Below, piece after piece: positions 38,567 to 50,024 of a stretch of 64,000 nt of DNA. How positions within the stretch are numbered: position 1 is the first letter of the stretch; the number at the start of each line of letters is the position of its first letter. The position numbers and the translations under genes were made by a program. Where the stretch lies: NCBI RefSeq assembly GCF_021869535.1, contig NW_026262593.1, positions 26,288,001-26,352,000 on the forward strand, in the 5' to 3' direction. The DNA is from Mytilus californianus (taxonomy: Eukaryota). Under the pieces are notes generated by a model. It saw nothing but the letters and a program-made list of their open reading frames with translations. It did not search any database and was not told the origin of the DNA.

Positions 38567-40212
38567 GATTGAGTCCCTTTATACTTTTATACTGGATGTC
38601 GAAAAAGTCAAATTCTTCATGCGCGATTAGGAATGAATAGAAGTTCTTTAAACTGTCACTTGTTTCCAAGAAATTTAGTTTCTTCTCCTGACTGTCGCTG
38701 GGGTGATTTGGATACTAACTCACATTTTTAATTATTTTGCCCATTATATTCGGAAATAAGACAAGAAATGATAATCTCATTTGGAAGCCTCCAATTAACA
38801 GTACCAATGGACACTGAATAACTTACAAACGCTCAAATATGATTTCAAATGAAGAAAACATTAGTTTATTTCTTATGGTACAAAAGTTCATTATTAAATC
38901 TTAAAGGTTTACAAACTAATAATTCACACAATGTACATATAAGTATCTTATTAGTTGCATTTTTCTTTTCTTTTTCAGTTCATTATGAAACTCAACTGAC
39001 TTTATCAATATTTTTATTATGTAACAGAGCATGTAGTTTAGATTCATTAGCTCACCTGGTCTAAAAGGCCACGTGAGCTTTTCTCATCACTTGGCGTCCG
39101 TCGTCCGTCGTCCGTCGTCCGTCGTCGTCGTTCGTCGTTAACTTTTACAAAAATTTTCTCCTCTGAAACTACAGGACCAAATTTAACCAGACTTGGCCAC
39201 AATCATCATTGGGGTATCTTGTTTAAAAAATGTGTCTGATGACCCGGCCCGCCAACCAAGATAGCCGCCATGGCTAAAAATAGAACATGTGGGTAAAATG
39301 TAGATTTTGGCTTATATCTGTGATATAAAAGCATTGTGAGCAAATCTGACCGGGTAAAATTGTTCATCAGGTTTTGATCTATCTGTCCTGATCGAGTCCC
39401 TTTATACTTTTATACTGGATGTCGAAAAAGTCAAATTCTTCATGCGCGATTAGGAATGAATAGAAGTTCTTTAAACTGTCACTTGTTTCCAAGAAATTTA
39501 GTTTCTTCTCCTGACTGTCGCTGGGGTGATTTGGATACTAACTCACATTTTTAATTATTTTGCCCATTATATTCGGAAATAAGACAAGAAATGATAATCT
39601 CATTTGGAAGCCTCCAATTAACAGTACCAATGGACACTGAATAACTTACAAACGCTCAAATATGATTTCAAATGAAGAAAACATTAGTTTATTTCTTATG
39701 GTACAAAAGTTCATTATTAAATCTTAAAGGTTTACAAACTAATATTTCACACAATGTACATATAAGTATCTTATTAGTTGCATTTTTCTTTTCTTTTTCA
39801 GTTCATTATGAAACTCAACTGACTTTATCAATATTTTTATTATGTAACAGAGCATGTAGTTTAGATTCATTAGCTCACCTGGCCTAAAAGGCCACGTGAG
39901 CTTTTCTCATCACTTGGCGTCCGTCGTCCGTCGACCGTCGTCCGTCGTCGTCGTTCGTCGTTAACTTTTACAAAAATCTTCTCCTCTGAAACTACAGGAC
40001 CAAATTTAACCAGACTTGGCCACAATCATCATTGGGGTATCTTGTTTAAAAAATGTGTCTGATGACCCGGCCCGCCAACCAAGATAGCCGCCATGGCTAA
40101 AAATAGAACATGTGGGTAAAATGTAGATTTTGGCTTATATCTGTGATATAAAAGCATTGTGAGCAAATCTGACCGGGTAAAATTGTTCATCAGGTTTTGA
40201 TCTATCTGTCCT
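38567..40212. repeat. Tandem duplication, 2 x 823 bp (flank plus 5' end of a Helentron-type element)
   Basis: ga(t/c)gagtccctttatac...atctgtcct repeats at 38567 and 39390 and is nearly identical. Confidence 0.9.
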
Positions 40213-41185
40213 GAAATTTTCAGACAAATCAGACAACCCATTGTTTGGTTGCTGCCCCTGAATTGGTAGTTTTAAGAACATTTTGCAGTTTTTGGTTATT
40301 ATTTTCAATATTATTATAGATAGAGATAACTGTAAGCAGCAATAATGTACAGCAAAGTAAGATCTACAAATAAGTCAACATGACTAAAATGGTCAATTGA
40401 CTCGTTTAGGAGTTATTGCCCTTTATAGTCAATTTTTTGTTATCTTTTACAAAAATCTTCTCCTCTGAAACTACTGAGACAAATTTAACCAAATTTGGCC
40501 GCAATCATTATTAGGGTATCTAGTTTAAAAAATGTGTCCGATGACCCCGCCTACCAACCAATATGGCCGACATGGCTAAAAATAGAACATAGGGGTAAAA
40601 TGCAAGTTTTGTCTATTAATTTTTGAACCGTGATAAATAGAAAAAATCTGAAAGGAGCAAAAATGTTCAGAATGAGCTCTACCAATTGTCCAGATACGTC
40701 AAAACTGTTAGACAAATTTTTATAGGAGTTATTGCCCATAAATGACAAATTTTACCATTTTTTTTTTCATTTTTGCCCATTATCATGAAGACTATGACAT
40801 TTAGAGAGAAACATTTTTTTTTTCCCGTTATGCCTTATATGATTTATATTATAATAGATAAATAAACACTTTAAATCACAAAAATGATCAGCAAGGCAAG
40901 ATCTATCAAAAAGTCAAATGTTGCCAATATAGTTAGTAGACTGTCACTCTTCATAGGAGTGATTGCACTTAAATGAGAATTTTTTTTTTACCCTCTTTTG
41001 TGTTTTGAGCAAAAACTAAAGAAAATAGAGAGAAACTAAACAGACTAAAAGATCATTTATACAAGATCAACAAAATAGAGATTTTTTGTCATGAAGTCTA
41101 TTCTTGTCTAAAATGTTGGAGAGTGTCCTTTGTTTGATATGCACATAGACCAAGGTGAGCGAGTCCAGGGCTTTCAAAAAATATT
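39871..41185 (+). mobile_element. Helentron-type non-autonomous element (HINE/DINE-like)
   Basis: TT target, 5' AGCTCACCTG with partner GTGAGCT, a (CGTC)n/(CGT)n microsatellite, internal ~480-bp repeats and a 3' AGGTGAGC subTIR at ~41154. The 5' part is duplicated at 39049. Confidence 0.75.
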
Positions 41186-41513
41186 TGTGCCAGCCGGACA
41201 TTTTTTGTCTTATCCCGATTTTGATCCCTTCCCAGTGGGCACTCAACGTTGATACAACATTGAAATTTAGTTGAAATTATGTCGTGACGTTGATCAACTT
41301 AAATTCAACGTTGTTTCAACGTCAAGCTATTCAACGTTGACTATTCAACGTAGAATCAACGTTGAATTTACGTTTTACAAATCAACGTTAAAACTACAAC
41401 GTTTATTCAACGTTGGGTTAACGTCAGTCATTTAGGACAGACAAATGTATAAATAGTTGTTAAAATTGAAAGATACAAATATTATTGAGGCAGTGGCGGA
41501 TTCAGGTTGGGGA

Positions 41514-41637
41514 AATGAGGGGGGGGGGGGGTCCGGGACGATCAATATGCACTTGAATGGACATATGGTTGGAACCCCCCTTAAATCCTGGGTTGGAACC
41601 ATCCCCCTTTTTGAAAATGAGTGGATTTGCCCCTGTG
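41514..41637. mobile_element. Short degenerate MITE (cagtggcggatt...ggatttgcccctg)
   Basis: Imperfect terminal inverted repeats around G/C runs. Confidence 0.45.
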
Positions 41638-43026
41638 ATGAGCAGAGCAGACGTGAAGGGGAAGCTGAGTAGTATTGTAAACGATTGCAGGATAATGATC
41701 ATTGGCTGATCCAGAACTTGTTATAAGACTTGTAGGGGCAACTGACTGCCATTAAGAAGGGCCCGTTCAGCCATGCTTCAGATATTCCCCAATAAAACTT
41801 CTGCTTTTTCTATTTCATTTTTTTTTCTTTGTTTATTTTTTAAAGTATTTTAAATAAAAAAAAACAATAAACTACTATTATCCGATTTGTGTTTAATGAC
41901 CTTTAATCATTTCTCAATTTTTTGGGATATCCATCTCAAAACCTCAGTATTAATGCCATTTTTTTTTGTTACATTGTATATCTTAATGCATATTATATAT
42001 TTTTTCGATTTATGTTTTTAAAACAAATCGATTTTTGCTGCTGCTATCTCTTATTAAAATCAATGAAAGCATGGATTTGTATAGTCTCACTATACAAATC
42101 ATTGATGAAAGTATAATCATTAGAGCAATTTTAAATTTTGGCGGTATTTCAAGTTGAGTTCCGAAAAAAATTTCCTTTCGGATGCGCACGCAATCACCAC
42201 GCGCACCTCCTTTCGACGTCCATTTTGAAAATTATCGCGCAAGATTGAGAAACAAAGAGTACACAACTTCGCAATATTTAAAGACGATATATATAAAGAC
42301 AAAAGAAGATTAATCTCTAAAAACCTTTTGGAATTTAGCGTAAGTTTTTTTACAGTTACATTAACGATGAATCATGAGATATACCGCAAATAATAAAATA
42401 ATCTTTATATTTGTTTACTTTTGTCTTTGACTTTGTTCAGAGACCTTTAAGGTTAAAACTAATAAGCCTAACAAATTATTAGAAATAAACATGGCTTACT
42501 ATTAGGAACCTACTTATTTCGTGTGTATGTATCCACCAATTAACGAACTAACATTAACAAGAAATATCTGGACATGTACCCAATCATACCAGAAAAGGGG
42601 GGGATCGGGTCCGTTTGCCCTGATTACATGTTCGCTCTGAGTTTGGTGGTCTGTAGAGTCCGTTCGCCCTGGGTTCGTTCTCTCAATTTTTTCTTAATAT
42701 TGATTTTAATGTTTAAATGACAATAATTCTCACTGATTGTTGTAATACTAGCATTTGAAGCTGAAGGATTTACTTTAATAATTAAAACAACGTTTTGTTT
42801 TGATAAACTAGTCTAGTCAGCTTGGTATTAATAAAAGCCAGAATCTCAGGTGTTAGTGGAGTGGACCCCCTTTTTTATTTTTGGTTTGGATATTTTATTT
42901 GAAAATATTATTTTTTGTTTTATATTTCAACTTAGTTTAACTTATTTACGGTGTTCAAAGTCTTTTCAATGCGATTTAAAAATATTAGTAAAAAAAAAAC
43001 CTTCTATTCTTATTATCTTAGACCAA

Positions 43027-43420
43027 GTATAAGATGGTAGACTGTCTGTGTCAAGATCCTGGTGCTTACATTACAATGTTGTGGTATAATATGGTTGACT
43101 ATCAAGATCCTGGTGCTAACATTACAATGTTGTGGTATAAGATGGGTGACTGTCAAGATCCTGGTGCTTACATTACAATACAATATTGTAGTATAAGATG
43201 GGTGACTGTCAAGATCCTGGTGCTTACATTACAATGTTGTGGTATAAGATGGGTGACTGTCAAGATCCTGGTGCTTACATTACAATGTTGTGGTATAAGA
43301 TGGGTGACTGTCAAGATCCTGGTGCTTACATTACAATGTTGTGGTATAAGATGGGTGACTGTCAAGATCCTGGTGCTTAAATATAATGCTTTGGTATTAG
43401 ATTGGTGATTGTAAAAATCC
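43027..43420. repeat. 51-bp minisatellite, ~7-8 copies
   Basis: Unit gtataagatgggtgactgtcaagatcctggtgcttacattacaatgttgtg. It accounts for the repetitive ORFs 43034-43408, 43168-43365 and 43198-43380. Confidence 0.92.
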
Positions 43421-44167
43421 TCGTTCTTGAGCCCCCAAAAAATGTTTACAGTTAACGTTACCCCAAGTCACGTAATTTCCGTTGAGCTTGAATACAACAG
43501 AAAATAGTTGTATTTGTTAAATTTAGCATGAACTCATATTACATTTAATAAGTGTAGAAGAATGTTGTACACCCTGACCGAGATAAGGGATTTGTTGAAG
43601 AAGGATTACATAAGAGGTCAGAAGGAATATATATTCCAACAGATAGATGAGATCGACATACTTAAAGAAAAGGACATACAATTGGGTGAAGAAAAAGAGT
43701 ATGCTTTATGCGTAAGTAAAGTATTTAAAATTGTATGTTATGAAACTTGTGAAGTCAAATCTTATTATTTGATAAAATGGCCTTAACAGCAGGGAAAATC
43801 CTGATTGTTTAAATCTATCTTATTTGCAAAAGTAGCAAAAGGTAATGGATTCAAGTTATAACAACAATAGTAACTTCCTCAATCTAAAATTTTGATGAAA
43901 AGTTGTTGGTCTAAGTTATAACCAATGAGGTATGAAAATTAACGATGCTTATAAGTTATGTTTACTAAGTAATACTATGAATTTCAGAGTAAGTTTATAT
44001 ATACTTGTAAATAATTTCATTGCAAAGGAACGTTTAATGTACTGGCATTTTTTTTCTTCAGAAGAAATACATCATGCAGATTGGTGGGAAGGACTATAAA
44101 GAGCACATAAATAAAGCCATGCAAAGGTAAACATCTGATATGTGTATATTCTACCTAAAAACAATAC

Positions 44168-44432
44168 AGTCGCAGTGATGTAATGGTTAGCGTGCTGGCA
44201 AACCAAAGACTTGAAAATTGGTATTGCTGTTTCTTTGCTAAGCACCTACCATTAACGTATTAGATATGGTGGCCAGGTTGGGAACCATGTCTTTTTGCAG
44301 ACTTACTAGTTTAAAATCCTGCTCGGCCAGTCAGTCTAGTGAAAAGCAGGGTCAGTTTTCATTTCTGATTATCATGTTCTAAGACAGAATTTACATGCCA
44401 CTGGAAATTAAACACCAATCCATCCATCCATT
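44168..44432 (+). mobile_element. Degenerate tRNA-derived SINE (V-core-like) in intron
   Basis: A-box-like gtgatgtaatggttagcg, then aaaccaaagacttgaaaattggtattgctgtttctttgctaagcac, with a (CCAT)n tail. Confidence 0.55.
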
Positions 44433-45221
44433 CTCAAAAATTGGATGTAAAACCATATAATGAAAAAAAAATTTGTGACATTAAAGTACTGAATACATCC
44501 TTTAATCGTTGCAGTGGTTATTTACATCCTCTTTTTTTTTCTTTTTGTTGCAAAATACATAGATAAAACATTGAAACTAAACACCAGAACTGTGACTGTC
44601 TGCTGAAATTTATAAAAACATTGTGATGAAGAAAAAAATGGTTCCAAGGGGTTCATATCATTTTGGAAAAGTATGACCATTACCACATTTTTCGTTAATG
44701 TTTTTAAAGGTAAATGTTGATATTTTTAACTAAATAAAACTTGCATCATTTGTTTTTGTTTAAAGGTGTCTCACCAACAAACTCATGTCCATAATGAATA
44801 TGAAGGGGAAGAAAACAAAGAGGCATTTGGTGATTCCAATCTGTTCAAGATAATAAGAGGTAAGTAAGTCTTGATATAATTGTAAAAGACTTTCCCATTG
44901 GAATTCTGTTTCAGTTTTATAGTATCTGAAATCCTTATGTTAATGTCAACTGCTATTTCTTTTCTTTTCTGTTAGTGAGACAATTTTCAGTCATCATCTG
45001 TTTCAACATTACCTTTATTGCCACAAAGTGCAACTTAAGTTTAAATTCATGCATAAAAAAAAAATTATGCCATAAAAAAGCTTGGACATTGGTTTTAAAT
45101 GGACATGTCTACTGTTTTATTTTTATTTTTTAATGGTAGAAACTTCTTCGTATCAGATTAATGTACATTTATTTTATTCAAAATTCAGGGTTTTTTTGGG
45201 GCATGATATTGTGCAAAGTAT

Positions 45222-45493
45222 TTTTATGCCCCACCTACTATAGTAGATGGGCATTATGTTATCTGGTCTGTGCAACTGTTCGTTCGTCTGTTCTGCTTCA
45301 GGTTAAAGTTTTTGGTCAAGGAAGTTTTTGATTAAGTTGAAGTCGAATCAACTTGAAACTTGGTACACATGTTCCCTATTGTAGGATCTTTCAAAATTCA
45401 AATTAGTTTTTTTACCTAAATTTTACAATCCACTGAACATAGAAAATGATAGTGCAAGTGGGGCATCCATGTACCAGGGACACATTCTTGTTT
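45222..45493 (+). mobile_element. Short Helentron-type element in intron
   Basis: 5' ttttATGCCCCAC...GGGCAT, a ttcg microsatellite and a 3' GTGGGGCATC...cacattcttgtt end. Confidence 0.65.
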
Positions 45494-46927
45494 GTTATGT
45501 ATTAAAGCTATGATGTTCATCTTTCTATCACATTTTTGTAACAGTTTTTATTATGCAAGTCAAATTTATGTTCTCTTTTCTTTCAGATGCTGTTCTAACC
45601 TGCCACACAGAGGCAACTGAAACTAAAGTAATTGAGCAGTGCTCAAACTATTTGACGTATGCTCCATGAAGAAAAGGAGGAGTTTTAAGCCAAAAGAATA
45701 GTTTTCTTTTCAAAAAAAATAAATTTTTCTTTAAAAAAAATTTTTTTAACATTGGCCAGTTTAGTGTAAGTTGACAGGAAAAAAAGTACAGTGAAATTTA
45801 GAAATACTTTACTTGGTGTTCTTCATCTTTTTGTTTGGTTTACTTAAGCTGCTTATATAATGATTGTGGAGTACACAGCTTTGGTGATGTTATGGTGTCT
45901 GCTAAATTGCAATTTTGATCACCACTGATACCAAAGACTTCAAGATACATATAGGTAGATATAAGAAGATGTGGTATGAGTGCCAATGAGACAACTCAAG
46001 AACCACATATGCAGAAAACACACATAAAAGGTAAAATTCAGATTGACAAAAAGTCCATATAAAAGATATCTGAAATTGTCTTGCTATGTATTTGTGTTTC
46101 TGTCCCAAACTTGCTGCATTTACATGATTTTGGAGTTTTGGAGTAAGTGGGAAAACGTGGATCAACCAGAATCGAAACAATGTGCTGGAGTTGCATGATA
46201 CATGTTTTCCATTGCTTTGAGAAATTAATGATGTGCTAGAATAAAAGGCTTTGTTAATATTGAGGTACTTATCTTGATATTCTTACTGTCTTTACTCCTT
46301 GGTTTTGATTGTTATTGTTTTCTATTCTCTTTATTTAGTTAGTCTCTAGTAGAGATAAGAACGCATGATGGTATACTACCGTGAAATAAAAATCTAGTAG
46401 AGATATAAAGAAAGTATGATGGTATACTAACGTGAAATAAAAAAAAATGGCTTTTGTTATTTCATAGTTTAGATACCTCTATTGTATTTGAACAAGTGCC
46501 AATAAGGATTGATTTACATCGAGACCCATCACTTACCTAACTTCATCCAACCTACAATTGGCCTGATCTCAACCTTAATTGACCTGAATTCAACCTAATT
46601 TCAACCTAATCTGATCTGACTTCAACCTCACGCAACCTGATTTCAACGCAACTCGACCTGATGTCAATTTAACTTGACTAGATTTCAACCTGATTTCAAC
46701 ATGTTATCAACCTCACTTGACCTGATTTCAACAGGTTATCAACGTCAATACAACGTTGTAACTGTAACGTTGATTCAACGTCAGAATTTCAACATCATCT
46801 CAACTTTCAAAACTAACCCAAGTTTCAACGTTGTAATAACGTTGAAGTCTGACAGTAGATCAACGATGATACAACTTTATGTGCCTGCTGGGTTAAGACT
46901 ACGTATCAAGAGGCAATCATGCTAATC

Positions 46928-47674
46928 AGTTGGGCATCATATAAACAATGAATGATTGACATAAAAACGATATTAAACTTGACTTGAGCGACACAGGCTC
47001 TTTAGAGCCTCTAGTTTGTGTATATTGTACGATCAACGTCATTTTTCTTTTGCTGTCCACGTATAAATTGATATATATCACGTGTATCAACGCAATTCCC
47101 ACAATTGCCCTTATCGACGGTGCTAGTGATAGTTTTTTGGGGAATTAAGCTGTATAAAGCATCAAAAGCAAAAACTAGTTGGGCATCATATAAACAATGA
47201 ATGATTGACATAAAAACGATATTAAACTTGACTTGAGCGACACAGGCTCTTTAGCGCCTCTAGTTTGTGTATATTGGACGATCAACGTCATTTTTCTTTT
47301 GCTGTCCACATATAAATTGATATATATCACGTGTATTAACGCAATTCCCACAATGCCCTTATCGGCGGTGCTAGTGATAGTTTTTTGGGGAATTAAGCTG
47401 TATAAAGCATCAAAAGCAAAAACTAGTTGGGCATCATATAAACAATGAATGATTGACATAAAAACGATATTAAACTTGACTTAAGCGACACAGGCTCTTT
47501 AGAGCCTCTAGTTTGTGTGTATTGTACGATCAACGTCATTTTTCTTTTGCTGTCCACGTATAAATTGATATATATCACGTGTATCAACACATATTCCCAC
47601 AATTGCCCTTATCGGCGGTGCTAGTGATAGTTTTTTGGGGAATTAAGCTGTATAAAGCATCAAAAGCAAAAACT
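46928..47674. repeat. Tandem triplication, 3 x ~249 bp (element 3' hairpin plus flank)
   Basis: Units start at 46928, 47177 and 47425. Each contains gagcgacacAGGCTCTttAGAGCCTctagttt followed by flank homologous to ~23630-23800. Confidence 0.9.
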
Positions 47675-48383
47675 AAAGATCCTGATAGAACAATAAAAAA
47701 GGGTATTTGCCTCAGAGACTTGTAACCTTATGTAAGGTAAATATATCAAATTATAATTTGACAGTTGTAAAAAGAACAGAGGACTTTGGTGTACGATTTA
47801 ACAAGTAAAAGTGCTAATTTCATGTGGATGGATTTGAATTGTTTCAATACAGTCAAACAAAAGATGTACTCAAACCAAACACCGACAGGACTAGAAAAAT
47901 TGTGTGTGAATATTCTAGAAATTGCTCAAAGCGTTTACTTTCATGGACAAAGAATCATTGAATATCATAATAAAAGAATCGTAAAGGGTAACAGAAACCT
48001 TTGTCTCGCTTGCAATGGTTGCTGGTAGTGTAAAAGGGTAATTATGACGGCAAAGCTAAGTCCATTCATTAATAATATACCTAACATTTAAAACATATAT
48101 ATATATATATTTGCCCCAAAAAATAAGTCTATTTATCAGTAAAACATGGAAAATGAAAACAAATATTTTTTAAACTTTATTCTGGATACTGTCTTTTGTT
48201 CATGAAATAGCCTTTTCTCACTTTCATAATAATCTGTGAAGGTTATTGATATTAGAAAAAAACACTTTAACCACAAACCTAACTTCAACAATGAAGACAC
48301 CGACGACAGAATATAGGATCGCTTTGTATCGTTTCCCTGGCTGTCGTCGGTGTATCGTCAAATTTATACCTTACATTATTCCG

Positions 48384-49409
48384 TTACACATTAGTATTTA
48401 TAAACTGCTCAAGCTGAACTTCTGTTACAGTAGTAGAATCTCTATTGTTGCTTTTTGTTTCGTCATGGCGCCAATTGCACGTAATAAGTTTTTTAAAATG
48501 TTTCTTGAATTGGTTATCAAATATCCCGTATATAAATGGGTTTGCAACGTGGTTGACAAGATAAAGTCTTTCGCCAATCCTTAACATTGCAAACTGGAAA
48601 GTGTTTAGATCGTCCTTATCGATCATTTTCTCTGTAATCTGAAGTATAAACAGTGGAATGTAACTCACTGCAAAAACCATAGATATTGCAAAAGCGATTT
48701 TGGTCATTTTACTTGAAATAGCCTTCTGTGTAGAGCTGGTGATTTTCTTTTTGATTCGTCCCGTATGCTGTATGTATAATTTCCGTCCTATAATCGAGTA
48801 TATCACGACTAAGACAATTGTGTAAACAAAGAACAATGCTAGAAAACCGTAACTGAATGCAGTGGAATAAATTGACGGATTGGAAAGTGATATAGCACAG
48901 CTAAAGCCAGTTAAGTTATATCCAACTTTTATTTTTTCGTATTTAGAGAGGCCAAAATGTGGTGCAGATAGGATGAGTGCAATGCTGAAGCAAGCAATTA
49001 CCCAGTAGTTGACGTTATCCAAACTTATTTGTGTTCTCAGCGGGAAGCATATCTTCCGGAATCTGTGAATGGATAGAAGTAGTAATAAGTGTGTTGAATA
49101 CAACAGTAGGAAATACAGCAAAACAACAAACACAACACATGCCCATTCTCCTTCAAATGAATAATAGTGTACTATCCGAGCAATGTTAAATGGTATTCCT
49201 ATCGTACAGAATATCTGATCCGCCACTGCTAGATTCCAAACAATAGTTCTGTGTACGCTTTTAACATATTTCTTACCATAAATAACCAGAACTACGATGT
49301 TCCCAGGAACTCCAATTATTAAAGTAATCACGATAAAAACTATAGGTGGCAATAAATTCCTGAATTTTTCATCTTCGAAATCACTTATTGTCATTGTTAA
49401 ATTAGCCAT
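48384..49409 (-). CDS. Intronless class A GPCR, copy D (341 aa from MANLT)
   Basis: 7TM motifs; start set at the homologous ATG; ends in TNV. Confidence 0.94.
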   Translation of the reverse strand: MANLTMTISDFEDEKFRNLLPPIVFIVITLIIGVPGNIVVLVIYGKKYVKSVHRTIVWNLAVADQIFCTIGIPFNIARIVHYYSFEGEWACVVFVVLLYFLLLYSTHLLLLLSIHRFRKICFPLRTQISLDNVNYWVIACFSIALILSAPHFGLSKYEKIKVGYNLTGFSCAISLSNPSIYSTAFSYGFLALFFVYTIVLVVIYSIIGRKLYIQHTGRIKKKITSSTQKAISSKMTKIAFAISMVFAVSYIPLFILQITEKMIDKDDLNTFQFAMLRIGERLYLVNHVANPFIYGIFDNQFKKHFKKLITCNWRHDETKSNNRDSTTVTEVQLEQFINTNV

Positions 49410-50024
49410 GATTAATTCGAAATGCACACGGAATGCAGTTGTTTGCTTGACATCAAATCCAATGTGCATACATGTGTTATTAGTGGTGAAAACTAAATGC
49501 AATATATGTCGTTAGTATTCACTGGTATTTGCAAATAAAGAAAAGTTTAAATATTCAAGTATATAATAAAATACAGTTAAGAGTGTCAAAATAATGATGT
49601 TTCGTTATATAACAACACTTTAAATTAATGATTAAAAAGCGGATATGAAGAGTGTAAATCTAATATCTTATGCTTCGTATATCAAATCGGGATTCATATT
49701 TTATTAAATGAAACAAGTGCTTCCTCGTGCAATTATTTTCTCTATGAATAGATACATTTAGAATTGGGAATATAGCAACCTGCTGTTAATAAGATTAACA
49801 AGCATTTGATCGAAATTCATTCCGCTGTGACTTAGTTCTAATGATTGCTTGCTTACTTGTACGATTTTCTTATTTTCGAGGCTATTTTGAACGCAATACA
49901 GCGTTCAGTTAATTCTATCTAAATGAATTCCACTTTCCGACAAAGTATTATCAACTGTTTCCGAATATTATCGGACGTCTTTTTGTAGAACTTTATTGCA
50001 GGGCAATTTGAGTGCGAAAGATAA

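Larger units (their letters stand above)
43558..45680 (+). pseudogene. Spliced DUF4806-like gene remnant (4 exons; frameshift plus nonsense)
   Basis: Exons ~43558-43711, 44062-44126, 44766-44859 and 45587-~45680 have GT/AG borders and compatible phases. They read ...KKYIMQIGGKDYKEHINKAMQRCLTNKLMSIMNMKGKK(fs)KEAFGDSNLFKIIRDAVLTCHTEATETKVIEQCSNYLTYAP*RKGG. Family assignment is by motif recognition only. Confidence 0.7.
41231..46892. mobile_element. 5.66-kb TIR DNA transposon with 2-bp TSD (CACTA/EnSpm-like), non-autonomous
   Basis: Termini CCCAGTGGGCAC / GTGCCTGCTGGG, flanked by TT on both sides, with dense subterminal (TC)AACGTT-type repeats at both ends. Confidence 0.75.
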
